A DNA stretch of 64,000 bases from a candidate division Kazan bacterium GW2011_GWA1_50_15 (GCA_001029795.1 CP011216.1:279128-343127); one strand, 5' to 3'. Positions 19,596 through 32,879 are shown, counted from the first letter of the stretch. The notes: generated by a model not told the origin, from the letters alone. Translations and numbers: made by a program.

Positions 19596-20243
19596 TTATC
19601 CGTTGGTTGGTTGATCAGTCGCGGTTGATTCCTGATTTAAGATCCAAACCTTAATCCCGATCGTCCCGTACGTGGTATAGGCAACCCGAAAAGCGTATTC
19701 AATCGGCTGCTTGATAGTATGCAAAGGTACTTTGCCAAAACTGAGCATTTCTGTCCGGGCGATTTCAGCGCCGTTCAACCGGCCCGCGACCACAATCCGG
19801 ACACCCTGCACTCTGGCTTGCTTAGCGGCGTCAACCGCCTGCTTGATCACGCGACGAAATGGGATGCGCCGCTCGATCTGCTCAGCGATATTGGTAGCGA
19901 CTATCGCCGCGTTACTTTCTGGATTACGTACCTCTTGAATATTTACTTCAACCGTCGTCTTGGTCAGCTTGACCACTTCTTTTTTGAAAGTCTCCACCCC
20001 GGCTCCGCCCCGACCAATAATCACGCCTGGTCTAGAAGAATGAATGGTGACGGTCGTAGCGTTGGCAAATCTCTCGATCTCCACATCGGCGATCGCTGCC
20101 TTTTTGAACTTGGCGAAGGCCAACTTTCTGATCTGGTAGTCTTCGACCAACCACTTAGCGTATTTGCGCGTATCAAACCAGCGCGACTGCCATTTTGCAC
20201 TCGTGCCCAAGCGGAAGAGTTGTGGATGGATCTTTTGTCCCAT
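19596..20243 (-). CDS. rpsC: 30S ribosomal protein S3
   Basis: MGQKIHP start at 20243; RPGVIIGRGG; GRLNGAEIAR. Confidence 0.97.
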   Translation of the reverse strand: MGQKIHPQLFRLGTSAKWQSRWFDTRKYAKWLVEDYQIRKLAFAKFKKAAIADVEIERFANATTVTIHSSRPGVIIGRGGAGVETFKKEVVKLTKTTVEVNIQEVRNPESNAAIVATNIAEQIERRIPFRRVIKQAVDAAKQARVQGVRIVVAGRLNGAEIARTEMLSFGKVPLHTIKQPIEYAFRVAYTTYGTIGIKVWILNQESTATDQPTNG

Positions 20244-20247
20244 AGGA

Positions 20248-20775
20248 TTATTTGTTAGTCGTCCGGGGAGTAAATATTTTACCCAGACCGCGTCGACCGG
20301 CGGCCGATCTGCCCTTATCCGGCAGCTGGTTAAACCCGGCTGGGCTGGCCTTAGGAGTCGGCTCAGCGGTAGAGGCAACTTCCGTAGGCTGGGCTGGCTT
20401 AGCCGTAGGCGGCTGGACGACTGGTTTCTTGACCCGGCTAGGCTTGATCTCGGTTAGAACGACTTTCAGATGCGCGGTCCGCTTTAACAGTTTATCTGAC
20501 CCGCCGTGAGAACGGAACCAGTATCGCTTATAAACCGATCCAGCGTCGACCGTCAGATGTTCTATCTTGAGATTGTCTTCTTTTAGGTTGTAGTTATTCA
20601 CAGCGTTCTGGATAGCTGATCGGATAACCTTGGACAGCAAGACGGCTGATTTACTCTGATGATACCGTAACCGCTCAACCGCGGCCTTAGCCGGTAGGCT
20701 CCGCAAAATATTGGCCAGTGGCCGAATTTTTTTCGGGCTCATCCGAACAGATTTAGCTGTAGCTTGGATCTCCAT
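20248..20775 (-). CDS. rplV: 50S ribosomal protein L22 with C-terminal extension
   Basis: VRMSPKK, SAIQNA, KRTAHL; ~65-aa Pro/Ala/Lys tail. Confidence 0.95.
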   Translation of the reverse strand: MEIQATAKSVRMSPKKIRPLANILRSLPAKAAVERLRYHQSKSAVLLSKVIRSAIQNAVNNYNLKEDNLKIEHLTVDAGSVYKRYWFRSHGGSDKLLKRTAHLKVVLTEIKPSRVKKPVVQPPTAKPAQPTEVASTAEPTPKASPAGFNQLPDKGRSAAGRRGLGKIFTPRTTNK

Positions 20776-20777
20776 AT

Positions 20778-21122
20778 CTATTTCTTCTTTTTACTTGCCG
20801 GTCCGGCTGGTTTAGCAGCGGCTGGAGCTGGCGCAGCGGTTGCGGTCTTGGCCTGTTCTTTGGCCATCTTCCCGCCGTGGCTGCGGAACTTCCGAGTGTG
20901 AGCGAATTCGCCCAGCTTATGCCCGACCATATTTTCCGTAATGTAGACCGCGATGTGCTCTTTGCCGTTATGAACGCCGATCGTGAGACCAACCATCTCG
21001 GGAGAGATACTGCTGGCTCGGCTCCAAGTTTTGATACTCTTAGCCCCGCTGGCTTTGGCTGCCATCACATGCTTCATCAGGCGCTCATCAATATAGGGAC
21101 CTTTAATGCTTGATCGACTCAT
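20778..21122 (-). CDS. rpsS: 30S ribosomal protein S19
   Basis: [23 protein letters not shown]. Confidence 0.97.
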   Translation of the reverse strand: MSRSSIKGPYIDERLMKHVMAAKASGAKSIKTWSRASSISPEMVGLTIGVHNGKEHIAVYITENMVGHKLGEFAHTRKFRSHGGKMAKEQAKTATAAPAPAAAKPAGPASKKKK

Positions 21123-21126
21123 AGGA

Positions 21127-21981
21127 TTACTTCTTTCTGCCCTTCTTGCGCGGACGCGGTTTAACAATAAGTTTGTTACTCGATTTCTTGCGATCGCGGG
21201 TCTTATAGCCGAGGGCTGGTTTGCCGGTGGGGGTTTTAGGATGTTTCATACCGATCGAGGACCCGCCCTCGCCTCCGCCGTGGGGATGGTCAACTGGGTT
21301 TTTAGCTTTACCCCGGACCCGCGGCCGGCGGCCCATCAGCCGATGGCGGCCAGCTTTACCGATCTTAATATTCATATGTTCGCCATTTGAAACCGCTCCG
21401 ATACTAGCGTAAGCTGTCGCGGGTATCCGGCGCACCTCCCCGGATGGTAGTTTTAAAAGCGCGTAGCCGCTGTCCAGCCCCATCATGGTAGCGCTCGAAC
21501 CAGCGGAGCGGACGATCTGACCGCCCTTGCCAGGGACTAGCTCAACATTATGCACGGTTACCCCGGCTGGCATGGCCGCGAGCTGCATGCGATTGCCCAG
21601 CTTGATCTTGGCGGTTGAGTTAGTAATGACCCGGTCGCCCACTTTGAGACCTTCGGGAGCCAACATGTAGGCCTGCTCGCCATCGCTAAAGATGACATGA
21701 GCGATAAAGGCGGTCCGTCTTGGGTCATAGGCGATCGCTCTCACCGTCGCGGGGATGCCGAACTTTTTCTGATGCAGATCAACTGTGCGCATCAGCTGCT
21801 TGGCGCCGCCGCCGCGCCGCTGCGAGGTGATCACCCCCCGGCTGTTGCGGCCGCTGCCTCGTTTAGCTCCTCGCACTAATCCTTTGACTGGGCGATGCTT
21901 ACTGGTTAAAACTTCTCGGTAGACAAGAACTCGCATACCGCGCTGGCCGGGCGTAACTGGTTTTAATAGACGAACTGTCAT
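21127..21981 (-). CDS. rplB: 50S ribosomal protein L2
   Basis: [22 protein letters not shown]. Confidence 0.98.
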   Translation of the reverse strand: MTVRLLKPVTPGQRGMRVLVYREVLTSKHRPVKGLVRGAKRGSGRNSRGVITSQRRGGGAKQLMRTVDLHQKKFGIPATVRAIAYDPRRTAFIAHVIFSDGEQAYMLAPEGLKVGDRVITNSTAKIKLGNRMQLAAMPAGVTVHNVELVPGKGGQIVRSAGSSATMMGLDSGYALLKLPSGEVRRIPATAYASIGAVSNGEHMNIKIGKAGRHRLMGRRPRVRGKAKNPVDHPHGGGEGGSSIGMKHPKTPTGKPALGYKTRDRKKSSNKLIVKPRPRKKGRKK

Positions 21982-22266
21982 TTATTTATTCTCCTCAAAT
22001 AGAGCGATCCGATCTCCGGATTTCAGCGTCACCACGGCCTTCTTGCGGTCTGATCGTTTAGCTAGCACTCGCCGGAATCGTTTGAGTTTACCGCGCTGAT
22101 TAATTATCCGCACATCTTCAACGGTCACCTTAAATAATTTAGCGATAGCGTCGGCGATCAGGGGCTTACTGGCGCTTTTATCCACAACGAATGTATATTT
22201 GTTGACCGTACCTTGCGAGATACTTTTTTCCGAAATAACCGGTCGATGAATGAGTGTCTTAGCCAT
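21982..22266 (-). CDS. rplW: 50S ribosomal protein L23
   Basis: PVISEKS, YTFVV, KKAVVTL. Confidence 0.96.
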   Translation of the reverse strand: MAKTLIHRPVISEKSISQGTVNKYTFVVDKSASKPLIADAIAKLFKVTVEDVRIINQRGKLKRFRRVLAKRSDRKKAVVTLKSGDRIALFEENK

Positions 22267-22894
22267 GTGATCTATTTATTCTCCGTAAAAGCTGCTGTTT
22301 ACCTTCACCAACTAAGACTATCGACTGAGCGGACAGAATATTTAAAGCGGTAACTCGAGCGGCTGAGACCACCCATACATTTGGCAGATTGCGCAGTGCC
22401 CGCGCTGCTCCTAAGTCCGACACGATCAGGAGCGCGCGTCTAAGAGCGTCCAGTTCAGGGACTTGTCTTGCGGCATCAGCGGTCTTGTTGATCCCGGCTG
22501 GCAAGTCCATCTGGTAGATAGCACCGGCCTGAGCTTTTGCGAGCAGAGCACCTTGAAACGCTTGGTATTTGGTCTTAGCTGGCATCCGTTGATAAAAGTT
22601 ACGTTCCTTGCTGGGACCAAAGATAACTCCGCCACCCCGCCACAGTGGAGTCCGGCTCGACCCGACTCGGGCCCGGCCAGTACCCTTCTGACGCCACGGC
22701 TTGCGCCCGCCGCCACTTACTTCACCCCGCGTCTTAGTGTGAGCCGGAGATTGGCGTTGGTTGCTTTGGTAGGCCAATATCACCTGGCGCAGCGCTGGGT
22801 GATTTAGTTTGGCTTCGTTCAGCGACAGATCGGCCGGGGTTTGGACGACCAAGACGCTAGCGGGTTGAGTTGTGGAGGGGTTAGCTTTAGCCAT
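22259..22894 (-). CDS. rplD: 50S ribosomal protein L4
   Basis: TKTRGEVSGGGRKPWRQKGTGRAR. Confidence 0.97.
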   Translation of the reverse strand: MAKANPSTTQPASVLVVQTPADLSLNEAKLNHPALRQVILAYQSNQRQSPAHTKTRGEVSGGGRKPWRQKGTGRARVGSSRTPLWRGGGVIFGPSKERNFYQRMPAKTKYQAFQGALLAKAQAGAIYQMDLPAGINKTADAARQVPELDALRRALLIVSDLGAARALRNLPNVWVVSAARVTALNILSAQSIVLVGEGKQQLLRRINRSHG

Positions 22895-23468
22895 GTTTGC
22901 GGATCGCGACTAGACCTTGGCGGGTGCCAGGAACGGCGCCAGTCACAGCTACGAGATTATTTTTAGGATCAACGGCAACTACCTCAAGGTTGCGAACAGT
23001 AACCTGCACGGCTCCCATATGCCCGGACATCCGGCGGCCCTTAGCCACCCTGGGCATCCCCATATCCCCAATAGAACCGGGCGCGCGATGATGGTCGTGT
23101 CCATGCGTCATGGGACCGCGATGAAACTTGTGCCGCTTAACGGTACCGGCAAATCCACGTCCCTTGCTAGTAGCGGTCACGTAGACCTTGTCACCGACCG
23201 TAAATATATCGGCTGTTACCCGTTGGCCAGCCTGATACTCACCCTCGGGGTAAGTAAATTCACCAATGCGCCGCATTCTGGGTTTGCCGCCGCGGGCTGG
23301 CTTGGCGTTGGGCAGACCTAGCTGGATCGCCGAATAACCGTCCTTGTCAGCGGTTTTAATTTGGGTGATGACGTTGGGTTCCGCCCGCAGGATGGTGATA
23401 GCCTTGGCTTTACCGTCTGGCCGGATCATCTGCGTCATCAAAAGTTTTTGAGCGAACATACCTGACAT
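22887..23468 (-). CDS. rplC: 50S ribosomal protein L3
   Basis: DGYSAIQLG, SKGRGFAG.VKRH, HRAPGSIG. Confidence 0.97.
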   Translation of the reverse strand: MSGMFAQKLLMTQMIRPDGKAKAITILRAEPNVITQIKTADKDGYSAIQLGLPNAKPARGGKPRMRRIGEFTYPEGEYQAGQRVTADIFTVGDKVYVTATSKGRGFAGTVKRHKFHRGPMTHGHDHHRAPGSIGDMGMPRVAKGRRMSGHMGAVQVTVRNLEVVAVDPKNNLVAVTGAVPGTRQGLVAIRKHG

Positions 23469-23558
23469 ACTGAAACAATTACTTCTGGCCTCATTAAGGG
23501 GAGGTTCCAGAGGTTAATTAGTAACTAAATTGGTAGGTAATCCCTCGGTAAGCTCGGG

Positions 23559-23918
23559 TCACATCTTCACTTCGATACTCACTCCGGCTGGCAGACTAAG
23601 ATTAGTCAGTGAGTCGATGGTTTTTGGAGTAGGATCCACGATCTCGATCAACCGCTTGTGGATCCTCATCTCGAACTGATCGCGGGAATCTTTATGCACG
23701 AATGTTGATTTCAGAACTGTGTAGATCTTTTTTTCTGTAGGGAGCGGCACTGGGCCCAACACGACCGCGCCAGTCCGCTCAGCAGTTTCAATAATGAGAC
23801 GGGTTGAACGGTCTAAAATCCGATGGTCATACGCTTTCAACCGGATACGAATCCGCTGTTTGGCGTCTTTGGCCTTGTCGGTCTTTTTCTGGCTAGTAGT
23901 TTTAGAGTCTTGTGCCAT
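23559..23918 (-). CDS. rpsJ: 30S ribosomal protein S10
   Basis: [28 protein letters not shown]. Confidence 0.98.
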   Translation of the reverse strand: MAQDSKTTSQKKTDKAKDAKQRIRIRLKAYDHRILDRSTRLIIETAERTGAVVLGPVPLPTEKKIYTVLKSTFVHKDSRDQFEMRIHKRLIEIVDPTPKTIDSLTNLSLPAGVSIEVKM

Positions 23919-23965
23919 CGGCTGTCAAACAACAACTTTACTTGAACCTATATGAAGGTTTTGAA

Positions 23966-24001
23966 CTCCCCCACCTGCCATTCGATAACAAGGTGGGGGA
24001 G
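23966..24001. other. Strong hairpin in tuf-rpsJ spacer (terminator or leader element)
   Basis: CTCCCCCACCT/AGGTGGGGGAG 11-bp stem; no clear U-tract on the coding strand. Confidence 0.5.
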
Positions 24002-24018
24002 ATTTTCTCATTTGTTCA

Positions 24019-25206
<1,188 letters not shown>

Positions 25207-25296
25207 ACAGGTTCCTCTTTGCTTAGGTGATTATTAGGTATAAAGTGATACTTTTAGAAAATACACAAAAAGGAGAGGTAATGCAAGGGTTTTCCC

Positions 25297-25330
25297 ACAA
25301 AAAAGCCCCCAAAGGTATAGACCAGGGGGC
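25297..25330 (-). terminator. Intrinsic terminator of orphan gene
   Basis: GCCCCC...GGGGGC plus T-tract on minus strand. Confidence 0.7.
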
Positions 25331-25353
25331 TTAAGGTGTTGAGGACGATAACA

Positions 25354-25785
25354 TCAGTCATCTCGCAAGTCGTTCAGGTATTTCTGGCTGAAGTGTTCTG
25401 GGTGCGCCTTAGCGTGCCAGGACTCTCCCATCTTCCAGACGACCAAACACGTTAGGCCGGTCAGGGTCATGCCCAGGAGTTGATATGGCCAATCTGCCCA
25501 GGGTACCGGGGCAAAAATGAGGGGGACGGCTGTACCCCCTCCCAGCCGTTCGAGTTCTGAGGGAGTGAGAGTATTGCTGGCCCATGCGATCAGAAGCCAC
25601 AGCCCCCAGCCCGAGAACATTAGCTTCCAGGCCGCGCTATTCCAGAACCCGGCCAGGGTCATAGAGCAGAAAGCCAGGATGATGTAGGTCCCGATGATCG
25701 AGACCCATACCCACGGGATAACCCTAAAAGCCAGAATTGCCCAAACGATCAGGCCAGCGCCGACTAAAATCCGCTTAAGGTTCAA
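25354..25785 (-). CDS. Orphan integral membrane protein inserted between fusA and tuf
   Basis: ~4 TM Trp-rich ORF, AAGGAGGT SD, own promoter and terminator. Confidence 0.75.
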   Translation of the reverse strand: MNLKRILVGAGLIVWAILAFRVIPWVWVSIIGTYIILAFCSMTLAGFWNSAAWKLMFSGWGLWLLIAWASNTLTPSELERLGGGTAVPLIFAPVPWADWPYQLLGMTLTGLTCLVVWKMGESWHAKAHPEHFSQKYLNDLRDD

Positions 25786-25825
25786 GGCAGTTTACCTCCT
25801 TTAAAGGTTGCCTAAAATCGCCCCC

Positions 25826-25854
25826 AGCATAGGTCATCTGGGGGTTCCAGTCAA
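25826..25854 (-). promoter_or_regulatory. Sigma70-type promoter TTGACT-17-TATGCT
   Basis: 17-bp spacing; -10 lies within a CCCCCAG/CTGGGGG inverted repeat. Confidence 0.7.
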
Positions 25855-25856
25855 GC

Positions 25857-25882
25857 AAAAAATCCGCCTCTGAGGCGGATTT
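25857..25882 (-). terminator. fusA terminator
   Basis: AATCCGCCTC/GAGGCGGATT stem plus T-tract. Confidence 0.75.
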
Positions 25883-25934
25883 CTCTCTTCACCTTTATTA
25901 TACCACTAAATCGCTTTGGTGTCAATTAAGGGGA

Positions 25935-28016
25935 CTACTTTCCACCCATCCGTTTGGCGATCAGCTCGATCTGAATGTTGGCCGGCACCTTCTCGTACTG
26001 GGCGAACTCCATCGTATAGGAAGCCCGGCCCTGCGACATTGACCGCAAGTTAGTGGCGTAACCAAACATCTCCCCTAACGGCACATAGGCCCGAATAACT
26101 TTGGCGTTGCCCCGCTCGGTCATCCCTTCGATGCGGCCGCGCTTAGAGTTCAAGTCCCCCATCACATCACCGGCAAAGTCTTCAGGAGTAACCACTTCCA
26201 CGCGCATAATGGGTTCCAGTAAGGCCGGGTTGCCTTTTTTGACACCCTCCTGCAGAGCCATGCTGCCCGCAATTTGGAAGGCCATCTCGTTGGAGTCAAC
26301 TTCATGGAACGAACCGTCGAACAAGGTCGCTGAGATATCCACTACCGGATAGCCAGCAATAACCCCCCGGCTCATAGCCGCTTCGATGCCTTTCTGGACT
26401 GGCGCAATGAACTCTTTGGGGATAGTCCCGCCAACGATCTTATTAACGAACTCAAATCCGCCATCTAGTTTGGGCGCGAAGCGGACTACCGCGTGGCCGT
26501 ACTGGCCCCGGCCGCCAGTCTGTTTGATGTATTTGGCTTCGGCGACGGCTTCTTGCGTGATAGTTTCGCGGTAGGCCACCTGGGGTTTGCCGATGTTGGC
26601 CTCTACCTTAAACTCGCGCTTCATCCGGTCGACAATAATATCCAGATGCAGTTCGCCCATCCCCTCAATGATGGTTTGGCTGCTCTCGGCATCGGTGTGG
26701 ACTTTAAAAGTTGGGTCCTCTTCGGCTAGCTTGGCCAGAGCCAGACCCATCTTTTCTTGATCGGCTTTTGATTTCGGCTCCACCGCAATAGAAATAACTG
26801 GTTCGGGGAACTCGATCGATTCCAAGATGACCGGATGAGCTTCGTCACACAGGGTATCACCCGTCGTCACGTTCTTTAGCCCCACAATAGCACCAATTTC
26901 TCCAGAGAAAATTTCGTCAACCTCCTCGCGATGGTTGCTGTGCATCCGAAGGATCCGGCTTACCCGTTCTTTAGTGTCCTTGCTTGCGTTCAGCACATAA
27001 GACCCAGATCTCAATTTGCCGGAGTAAACCCTGAAGTAGATCAGTTTACCGACAAAGGGGTCAGTGGCGATCTTGAAGGCTAACGCGGCGAACGGCTCTT
27101 CGTCGCTGGCGTGGCGCACCAATTTGTCCTCGGTGCCAGGTTTCAGTCCTTCAACCGGCGGGATATCTAAGGGGCTAGGCAGATAGCTAACCACTGCGTC
27201 CAATAGTTTCTGCACGCCCTTGTTCTTGAGGGCTGAACCGCACAATACCGGCACAAATTTGTTGGCGATGACCGCCACGCGAATAGCCCGCCTGATCTCG
27301 TCTTCGGTTAGGGCTTGGTCAGCTAAAAACTTTTCCAAAAGCTTGTCTTCGGTCTCGGCCACTTTTTCTAGGAGCTGATGGCGGTACTCTTTGGCCTGGG
27401 CCTGCATATCCTCCGGGATGTCTGTTTCGGTGATCTCTTTCCCCATATCATCTTCGAAGATATAAGCCCGTTCCGTGATAAGATCGACAACGCCCTTGAA
27501 GGTCTCGGCCGCACCGATAGGCAACTGTACCGCGACGGCGTTAGCGCCCAGACGATCGATGATAGTTTTAAAACAAAAATAAAAGTCGGCGCCCATCCGG
27601 TCCATCTTATTAACAAAACAGATACGGGGGACATGATACTTCTCGGCTTGGCGCCAAACGGTCTCGCTCTGCGGCTCCACGCCGGCTACGCCGTCGAAGA
27701 CCACGACACCGCCATCCAAAACACGGAGACTGCGCTCCACCTCAACAGTGAAGTCCACATGTCCAGGAGTATCGATGATGTTGATGCGGGTATCGTCCCA
27801 AAAACAAGTGGTGGCAGCGCTCGTTATGGTAATGCCCCGCTCGCGTTCCTGCTCCATCCAGTCCATTACCGCTTCACCTTCGTGCACTTCGCCTATCTTG
27901 TAGGTCTTACCCGTGTAGTACAAAATCCGCTCGGTAACGGTGGTCTTGCCAGCGTCGATATGAGCGATAATGCCGATGTTCCTGGTTTTGTCGAGCGAAT
28001 ACTGCCGTTCAGTCAT
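25935..28016 (-). CDS. fusA: Elongation factor G
   Basis: [24 protein letters not shown]. Confidence 0.99.
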   Translation of the reverse strand: MTERQYSLDKTRNIGIIAHIDAGKTTVTERILYYTGKTYKIGEVHEGEAVMDWMEQERERGITITSAATTCFWDDTRINIIDTPGHVDFTVEVERSLRVLDGGVVVFDGVAGVEPQSETVWRQAEKYHVPRICFVNKMDRMGADFYFCFKTIIDRLGANAVAVQLPIGAAETFKGVVDLITERAYIFEDDMGKEITETDIPEDMQAQAKEYRHQLLEKVAETEDKLLEKFLADQALTEDEIRRAIRVAVIANKFVPVLCGSALKNKGVQKLLDAVVSYLPSPLDIPPVEGLKPGTEDKLVRHASDEEPFAALAFKIATDPFVGKLIYFRVYSGKLRSGSYVLNASKDTKERVSRILRMHSNHREEVDEIFSGEIGAIVGLKNVTTGDTLCDEAHPVILESIEFPEPVISIAVEPKSKADQEKMGLALAKLAEEDPTFKVHTDAESSQTIIEGMGELHLDIIVDRMKREFKVEANIGKPQVAYRETITQEAVAEAKYIKQTGGRGQYGHAVVRFAPKLDGGFEFVNKIVGGTIPKEFIAPVQKGIEAAMSRGVIAGYPVVDISATLFDGSFHEVDSNEMAFQIAGSMALQEGVKKGNPALLEPIMRVEVVTPEDFAGDVMGDLNSKRGRIEGMTERGNAKVIRAYVPLGEMFGYATNLRSMSQGRASYTMEFAQYEKVPANIQIELIAKRMGGK

Positions 28017-28037
28017 AGTGTTTTAATTAGGTGAAAA

Positions 28038-28124
28038 GGAGAGTAGCGAGCTTGGTTTTGGCTTGCCAAAACTCGGCTTCGCCGACGAACGTCGAGAGGG
28101 AACCCACTGGTGCCCTCTCGAGAT
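28038..28124. mobile_element. Structured ~87-nt dispersed element, copy 2 (rpsG-fusA spacer)
   Basis: Inverted homologue of 18175-18263 with compensatory stem changes. Confidence 0.75.
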
Positions 28125-28125
28125 G

Positions 28126-28599
28126 TTAAAACCGAGCGAAGTGGGCGAAGGCCTGGTTGGCCTCGGCCATCCGATGTGTTTCTTCTTTTTTCTTCACAGC
28201 GTCACCGGTGTTATTAAAAGCGTCGATAAACTCCTGAGCTAATTTTTCAGCCATTGGTTTGCCTTTTTTCTTGCGTGCCACACTCACCAGCCACTGGAAC
28301 GCCAGTGCGACCCGACGCTCACCAGAGACCTCGGTCGGGATCTGAAGGTTAGAACCGCCCATCCGGCGGGATTTTAGCTGGACTGAGGGAGACACATTGC
28401 GCACCACCGCTTCAAACACTTCAACCGGGTCCTTACCGGTTTTCTGAGCAGCCGTCTGTAGAGCTGAATACACCGTTCTCTCGGCAACGGTTTTCTTGCC
28501 ATTCAACATGATCTTATTAATAAACCGACCGATCATAACATGGCCGTATTTCCGGTCCGGTTCGTGGGTTTTGCGTAAAGTGATCTTTTTTCTGGGCAT
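28126..28599 (-). CDS. rpsG: 30S ribosomal protein S7
   Basis: GKKTVAE, SRRMGGS, HRMAEANQAFAH. Confidence 0.98.
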   Translation of the reverse strand: MPRKKITLRKTHEPDRKYGHVMIGRFINKIMLNGKKTVAERTVYSALQTAAQKTGKDPVEVFEAVVRNVSPSVQLKSRRMGGSNLQIPTEVSGERRVALAFQWLVSVARKKKGKPMAEKLAQEFIDAFNNTGDAVKKKEETHRMAEANQAFAHFARF

Positions 28600-28610
28600 A
28601 GATGAACTAA

Positions 28611-29060
28611 TTAACCGCTGATGGCCGCGGCCGTTGCCGTGGTGGCGCCACTCTTCTTGGTTCCGTATTTGCTTCGGCCTTGTTTGCGATTAGTGGTACC
28701 CGCTGTATCCAAATGCCCCCGTACGATATGGTAGCGAACGCCGGGGAGATCTTTGACCCGGCCGCCTCGGATCATAACGATCGAGTGCTCCTGCAAGTTA
28801 TGGCCGATCCCCGGGATGTAAGCCGTTACCTCCATCCGATTAGTCAACCGCACCCGAGCGATCTTCCGCAGAGCGGAGTTAGGCTTTTTGGGAGTGGTCG
28901 TAGTTACCTTAACACAGACCCCCCGCTTGAACGGGGAACCTTTTGGCAGTTTGACCGGCCGCATCTTCAGAGTATTAAACCGCCGCTGCAGGGCCGGCGA
29001 CTTGCTTTTCTTGGCCGCTACTGTCCGCTTCTTCCTAAGTAATTGATTGATCGTTGGCAC
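28611..29060 (-). CDS. rpsL: 30S ribosomal protein S12
   Basis: [28 protein letters not shown]; GTG start. Confidence 0.99.
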   Translation of the reverse strand: MPTINQLLRKKRTVAAKKSKSPALQRRFNTLKMRPVKLPKGSPFKRGVCVKVTTTTPKKPNSALRKIARVRLTNRMEVTAYIPGIGHNLQEHSIVMIRGGRVKDLPGVRYHIVRGHLDTAGTTNRKQGRSKYGTKKSGATTATAAAISG

Positions 29061-29080
29061 AGAAGTCAGTTTAGAGGAAG

Positions 29081-32000
29081 TTAATCAGCTTTGTCAATCA
29101 GATGAGCGGGGTGATGGCGGAAGCCAGTCCCAGCTGGGATCAGCCGGCCAACGATAACGTTCTCTTTCAAACCCTTCAGATAGTCTACCTTACCGAGCAC
29201 GGCCGCGTTGACCAACACCCGGGTCGTCTCTTGGAATGAAGCCGCCGAAAGGAAACTTTCAGTATTAAGGGCTGCCTTGGACACACCCAAAAGAAGATGG
29301 TCGGCTAGAGGCGGTTGCTTGCCTTTAGCCACCAATGTGGCCGCGAATCGTTCGAACTTCAACCGGTCGATGATCTCACCCAGCATAAACTCACTGTCCC
29401 CTTCGCGCTCGATCCTGACCTTAGAAAACATTTGGCGGACTACCGCCTCGACATGTTTATCGTTAATGTTCTGGCCTTGAAGCGAATATATTTTCTGGAT
29501 CTCATCGATCACATAACGTTGGGTCGCCTCCAGACCTTTCAGCTTCATTAGATCGCGCAGATTCAGCTGACCTTCAGTGATCTGCTGGCCCCGAGTGACC
29601 TTGTCTCCGTCCTGAATTCGCAGGAATGTCCGATGACCAAGCGGGTACTCGTAGGCTTCTTTTTTGCGATACGCTATTCCAAGGGTTAGGTGATCCAGTG
29701 TAACTGTTCCGCTAGCCGGGGCCTTGACCTCTTCCTGGTCGGATGTATAGAGCGGGTCGCCTTTTTTGATCTTGTCGCCGGCTTTTACTAGCGGTTTGTC
29801 GTCGGCTGACAATGTAATCTCCCAGCGAGCTTCTTCTTCGGTCTGCAGACGGAGGAACTTTTTGTTCCCTACTTCCATGATATTGGCCAATCCGTCCGCT
29901 GGCGCCATAATCGCTTCCGCTTTGGGAATGCGGGCCTCGAACAGCTCTTCTACCCGCGGGAGACCTTGGGTGATATCAGCCGCTGAAGCCACCCCGCCAG
30001 TGTGGAAGGTTTTCATAGTTAACTGAGTGCCTGGCTCACCAATACTTTGGGCCGCGACAATCCCTACCGCTTCACCCATCTCAACTAACCGTCCCGTGGC
30101 TAGATCTTTGCCATAGCAGTGCTGGCAGACTCCCCATTCTGATTCACAGGTGATCATTGATCTTACTTTCACAGTGGGCACGTTAGTCTCGGCGATGGCT
30201 CGCCCTAAATCTTCAGTAATGTAGTCGTTAGCCGAAGCGACAAGCTTGCCCTTAGCGTCTTTGACGTCCTCAGCCAGGAACCGGCCATCGATCCGTTTGG
30301 CGAACGGGTCGCCCAACATATCGTCAGTGTTGGCGTAGATGGTTACTCCTCGAGTCGTATGACAGTCTTCTTTGGCTACCACGATGTCTTGACACACATC
30401 AACTAACCGCCGAGTTAGATAACCAGCGTCCGAGGTGCGTAGAGCTGTGTCGGACAGACCCTTTCTGGCACCGTGAGTGGAGAGGAAGTATTCGAGAGAG
30501 TTCAACCCCTCTTTGTAGTTAGATTTAACCGGCAGCTCAATAATCTGACCGGCTGGGTTGACTTTCACTCCAACGATCCCAACCGTCTGGTTGAGTTGTT
30601 CTAGGCTACCACGGGCACCAGAGGAAACCATCATGGTAATGGGGCTGAGCGGCCGCGAGGCGGTTTGAACCTTCAAGAGCATTTCGATCTCATGTTTAGT
30701 CTTGCCCCACAAATTAGTAACTAACCGCCGCCGTTCATCGGCAGTGATCAGACCCTCTTTGAACTGGCTCTTAATATTTTCAACTTTAGCATCCGTATTA
30801 CTGATCAAGCTCCCCTTCTCGGTCGGGACATCCAGGTCGCCAACACTAAAGGTAGCACCAGACAATGTAGCGTAGCGGAAACCGAGATCCTTGATACTGT
30901 TTACGAGCCTGACCGACGCTTCGTCGCCCAAAAGCTTGTAGCAGTCGTTAATCACTCGCTTAAGGGCTTTTTTATCGATCACCTCATTGACATAGCCCAG
31001 GACTTCGGGGATAGGTTCGTTGAAGATCAACCGGCCCAATGTGGTGTCTACCATCTTACCTAACAGCGGGACCTTGAGCGCCGTGTGCAGCCCAATGGCG
31101 CCAGCTTCGTAAGCTAGTTTAGCCTCGTCGATATCCCGGCAGATATATGATTTGGCGTTCCCAGCCGTTGGCGCAATAGTCAGATAATACACTCCCAAGA
31201 CGATGTCTTGGTCTGGCAACACGATGGGGTCGCCAGTGGCTGGCTTGAGAAGATTCTTAGTCGAGAGCATGATCTCCCGAGCCTCGAGCTGGGCTTGGGC
31301 AGAGAGAGGTAGATGGATAGCCATCTGATCTCCGTCGAAGTCGGCGTTGAAGGCGGTACAGGTCAATGGGTGCAGCTGAATAGCGTTACCTTCAACTAAA
31401 ATTGGCTGGAAGGCCTGGATACCAAGCCGGTGCAAAGTTGGCGCCCGGTTTAAGAGAACGTGATGCTTGCTAACCACTTCTTCGAGCGCGTCCCAGACCT
31501 CGTCGATCTCTTTTTCCACCATTTTGCCGGCGGTTTTGACGTTGTGAACCAAACCGTCACGCAGCAAGACCGAGATCACAAACGGCTTGAACAGCTCGAG
31601 GGCTATCGATTTAGGTACGCCGCATTCGTCTAACCTTAAGTTAGGACCGACCACGATGACCGATCGGCCGGAGTAGTCCACCCGTTTACCCAATAGATTT
31701 TGGCGGAAACGACCTTGTTTCCCCTTGAGTAAGTCACTCAGGGATTTCAGTTTGCGCTTAGCTGTAGCCGTAGTGGAGGTCTCCCGGGCTGTAATATCAA
31801 ACAATGAATCGACTGCCTCCTGCAGCATGCGCTTTTCGTTTCTAGTGATCACTTCCGGCGCGTCGATCTCGATCAGTTTCTTTAATCGGTTGTTGCGATT
31901 GATCACCCGACGGTAGAGATCGTTGAGATCCGAAGTGGCAAATCGGCCGCCGTCCAGCTGCACCATTGGCCGCAGGTCAGGCGGGATAACTGGCAGAGTG

Positions 32001-32872
32001 GTGATCAGCATCCAAGATGGGTGCAGACCAGCCTTAATAAATCCTTCCAAAAGCTTAAATCGTTTTTGTAGACGCTTATATTTCTGACCAGCCGCGGCCT
32101 TGAGCTGGGCTTTGATCTGCTTTACCTCATCCTCTAGATCCATATCTTTGATCATCTGGTAGACCGCCTCCGCGCCGATACTAGCCCTGAACACCTGACC
32201 GTACTTCAATGACAGATTACGGTACTCGTGTTCGGAAACGATCTTCTTGAGATGGAGTTCTTTAACCTCAGCTACCGCGGTTTGATAGGCGACCTTCAGC
32301 TTGGCCAACCGTTCCTCTAACTCGGCCTCGCCGGATCCGGTCTGTTTAATATCGTTCTTGATGTTCTTAACGTGCGACTTGTACTCCTGCTCCAACTGTT
32401 CTTGCGCATTCTTGCGCGCGTCTTCATCGATATGAGTAATGATGTAAGCCGCAAAATAAATGACCTGCTCCAAGCGTTTGGCTGGGACGTTTAGGGCCAA
32501 CCCTAGTCTGGAGGGCGTACCTTTCAGATACCAAATATGGCTGACCGGCGTCGCGAGCTGAATATGGCCCATGCGTTCACGCCGCACCACAGCGCGAGTA
32601 ACTTCAACTCCGCACTTGTCACAGACGATGCCCTTATAGCGGATCTTTTTGTACTTGCCACAGTAGCATTCCCAATCTTTAGTCGGTCCGAAGATGCGTT
32701 CGTCGAATAGACCATCTTTTTCCGGCCGCAGGGTCCGATAGTTGATAGTCTCCGGTTTGGTGATCTCGCCATGAGACCAAGCCAACATCTGTTCAGGCGA
32801 GGCGACTCCAATTCTGACCGCTAAAAAGTCAGCTTGGTCGGCGTGGGAATGGGTTGATTCGGTAGTACGCAT
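29081..32872 (-). CDS. rpoC: RNA polymerase beta' subunit
   Basis: Zn finger CYCGKYK, catalytic [18 protein letters not shown]. Confidence 0.99.
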   Translation of the reverse strand: MRTTESTHSHADQADFLAVRIGVASPEQMLAWSHGEITKPETINYRTLRPEKDGLFDERIFGPTKDWECYCGKYKKIRYKGIVCDKCGVEVTRAVVRRERMGHIQLATPVSHIWYLKGTPSRLGLALNVPAKRLEQVIYFAAYIITHIDEDARKNAQEQLEQEYKSHVKNIKNDIKQTGSGEAELEERLAKLKVAYQTAVAEVKELHLKKIVSEHEYRNLSLKYGQVFRASIGAEAVYQMIKDMDLEDEVKQIKAQLKAAAGQKYKRLQKRFKLLEGFIKAGLHPSWMLITTLPVIPPDLRPMVQLDGGRFATSDLNDLYRRVINRNNRLKKLIEIDAPEVITRNEKRMLQEAVDSLFDITARETSTTATAKRKLKSLSDLLKGKQGRFRQNLLGKRVDYSGRSVIVVGPNLRLDECGVPKSIALELFKPFVISVLLRDGLVHNVKTAGKMVEKEIDEVWDALEEVVSKHHVLLNRAPTLHRLGIQAFQPILVEGNAIQLHPLTCTAFNADFDGDQMAIHLPLSAQAQLEAREIMLSTKNLLKPATGDPIVLPDQDIVLGVYYLTIAPTAGNAKSYICRDIDEAKLAYEAGAIGLHTALKVPLLGKMVDTTLGRLIFNEPIPEVLGYVNEVIDKKALKRVINDCYKLLGDEASVRLVNSIKDLGFRYATLSGATFSVGDLDVPTEKGSLISNTDAKVENIKSQFKEGLITADERRRLVTNLWGKTKHEIEMLLKVQTASRPLSPITMMVSSGARGSLEQLNQTVGIVGVKVNPAGQIIELPVKSNYKEGLNSLEYFLSTHGARKGLSDTALRTSDAGYLTRRLVDVCQDIVVAKEDCHTTRGVTIYANTDDMLGDPFAKRIDGRFLAEDVKDAKGKLVASANDYITEDLGRAIAETNVPTVKVRSMITCESEWGVCQHCYGKDLATGRLVEMGEAVGIVAAQSIGEPGTQLTMKTFHTGGVASAADITQGLPRVEELFEARIPKAEAIMAPADGLANIMEVGNKKFLRLQTEEEARWEITLSADDKPLVKAGDKIKKGDPLYTSDQEEVKAPASGTVTLDHLTLGIAYRKKEAYEYPLGHRTFLRIQDGDKVTRGQQITEGQLNLRDLMKLKGLEATQRYVIDEIQKIYSLQGQNINDKHVEAVVRQMFSKVRIEREGDSEFMLGEIIDRLKFERFAATLVAKGKQPPLADHLLLGVSKAALNTESFLSAASFQETTRVLVNAAVLGKVDYLKGLKENVIVGRLIPAGTGFRHHPAHLIDKAD

Positions 32873-32879
32873 AGAAATC

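Noticed and set aside
27378-28034. 218-aa plus-strand ORF
   Set aside because: Antisense shadow of fusA; same for other antisense ORFs over ribosomal and rpo genes
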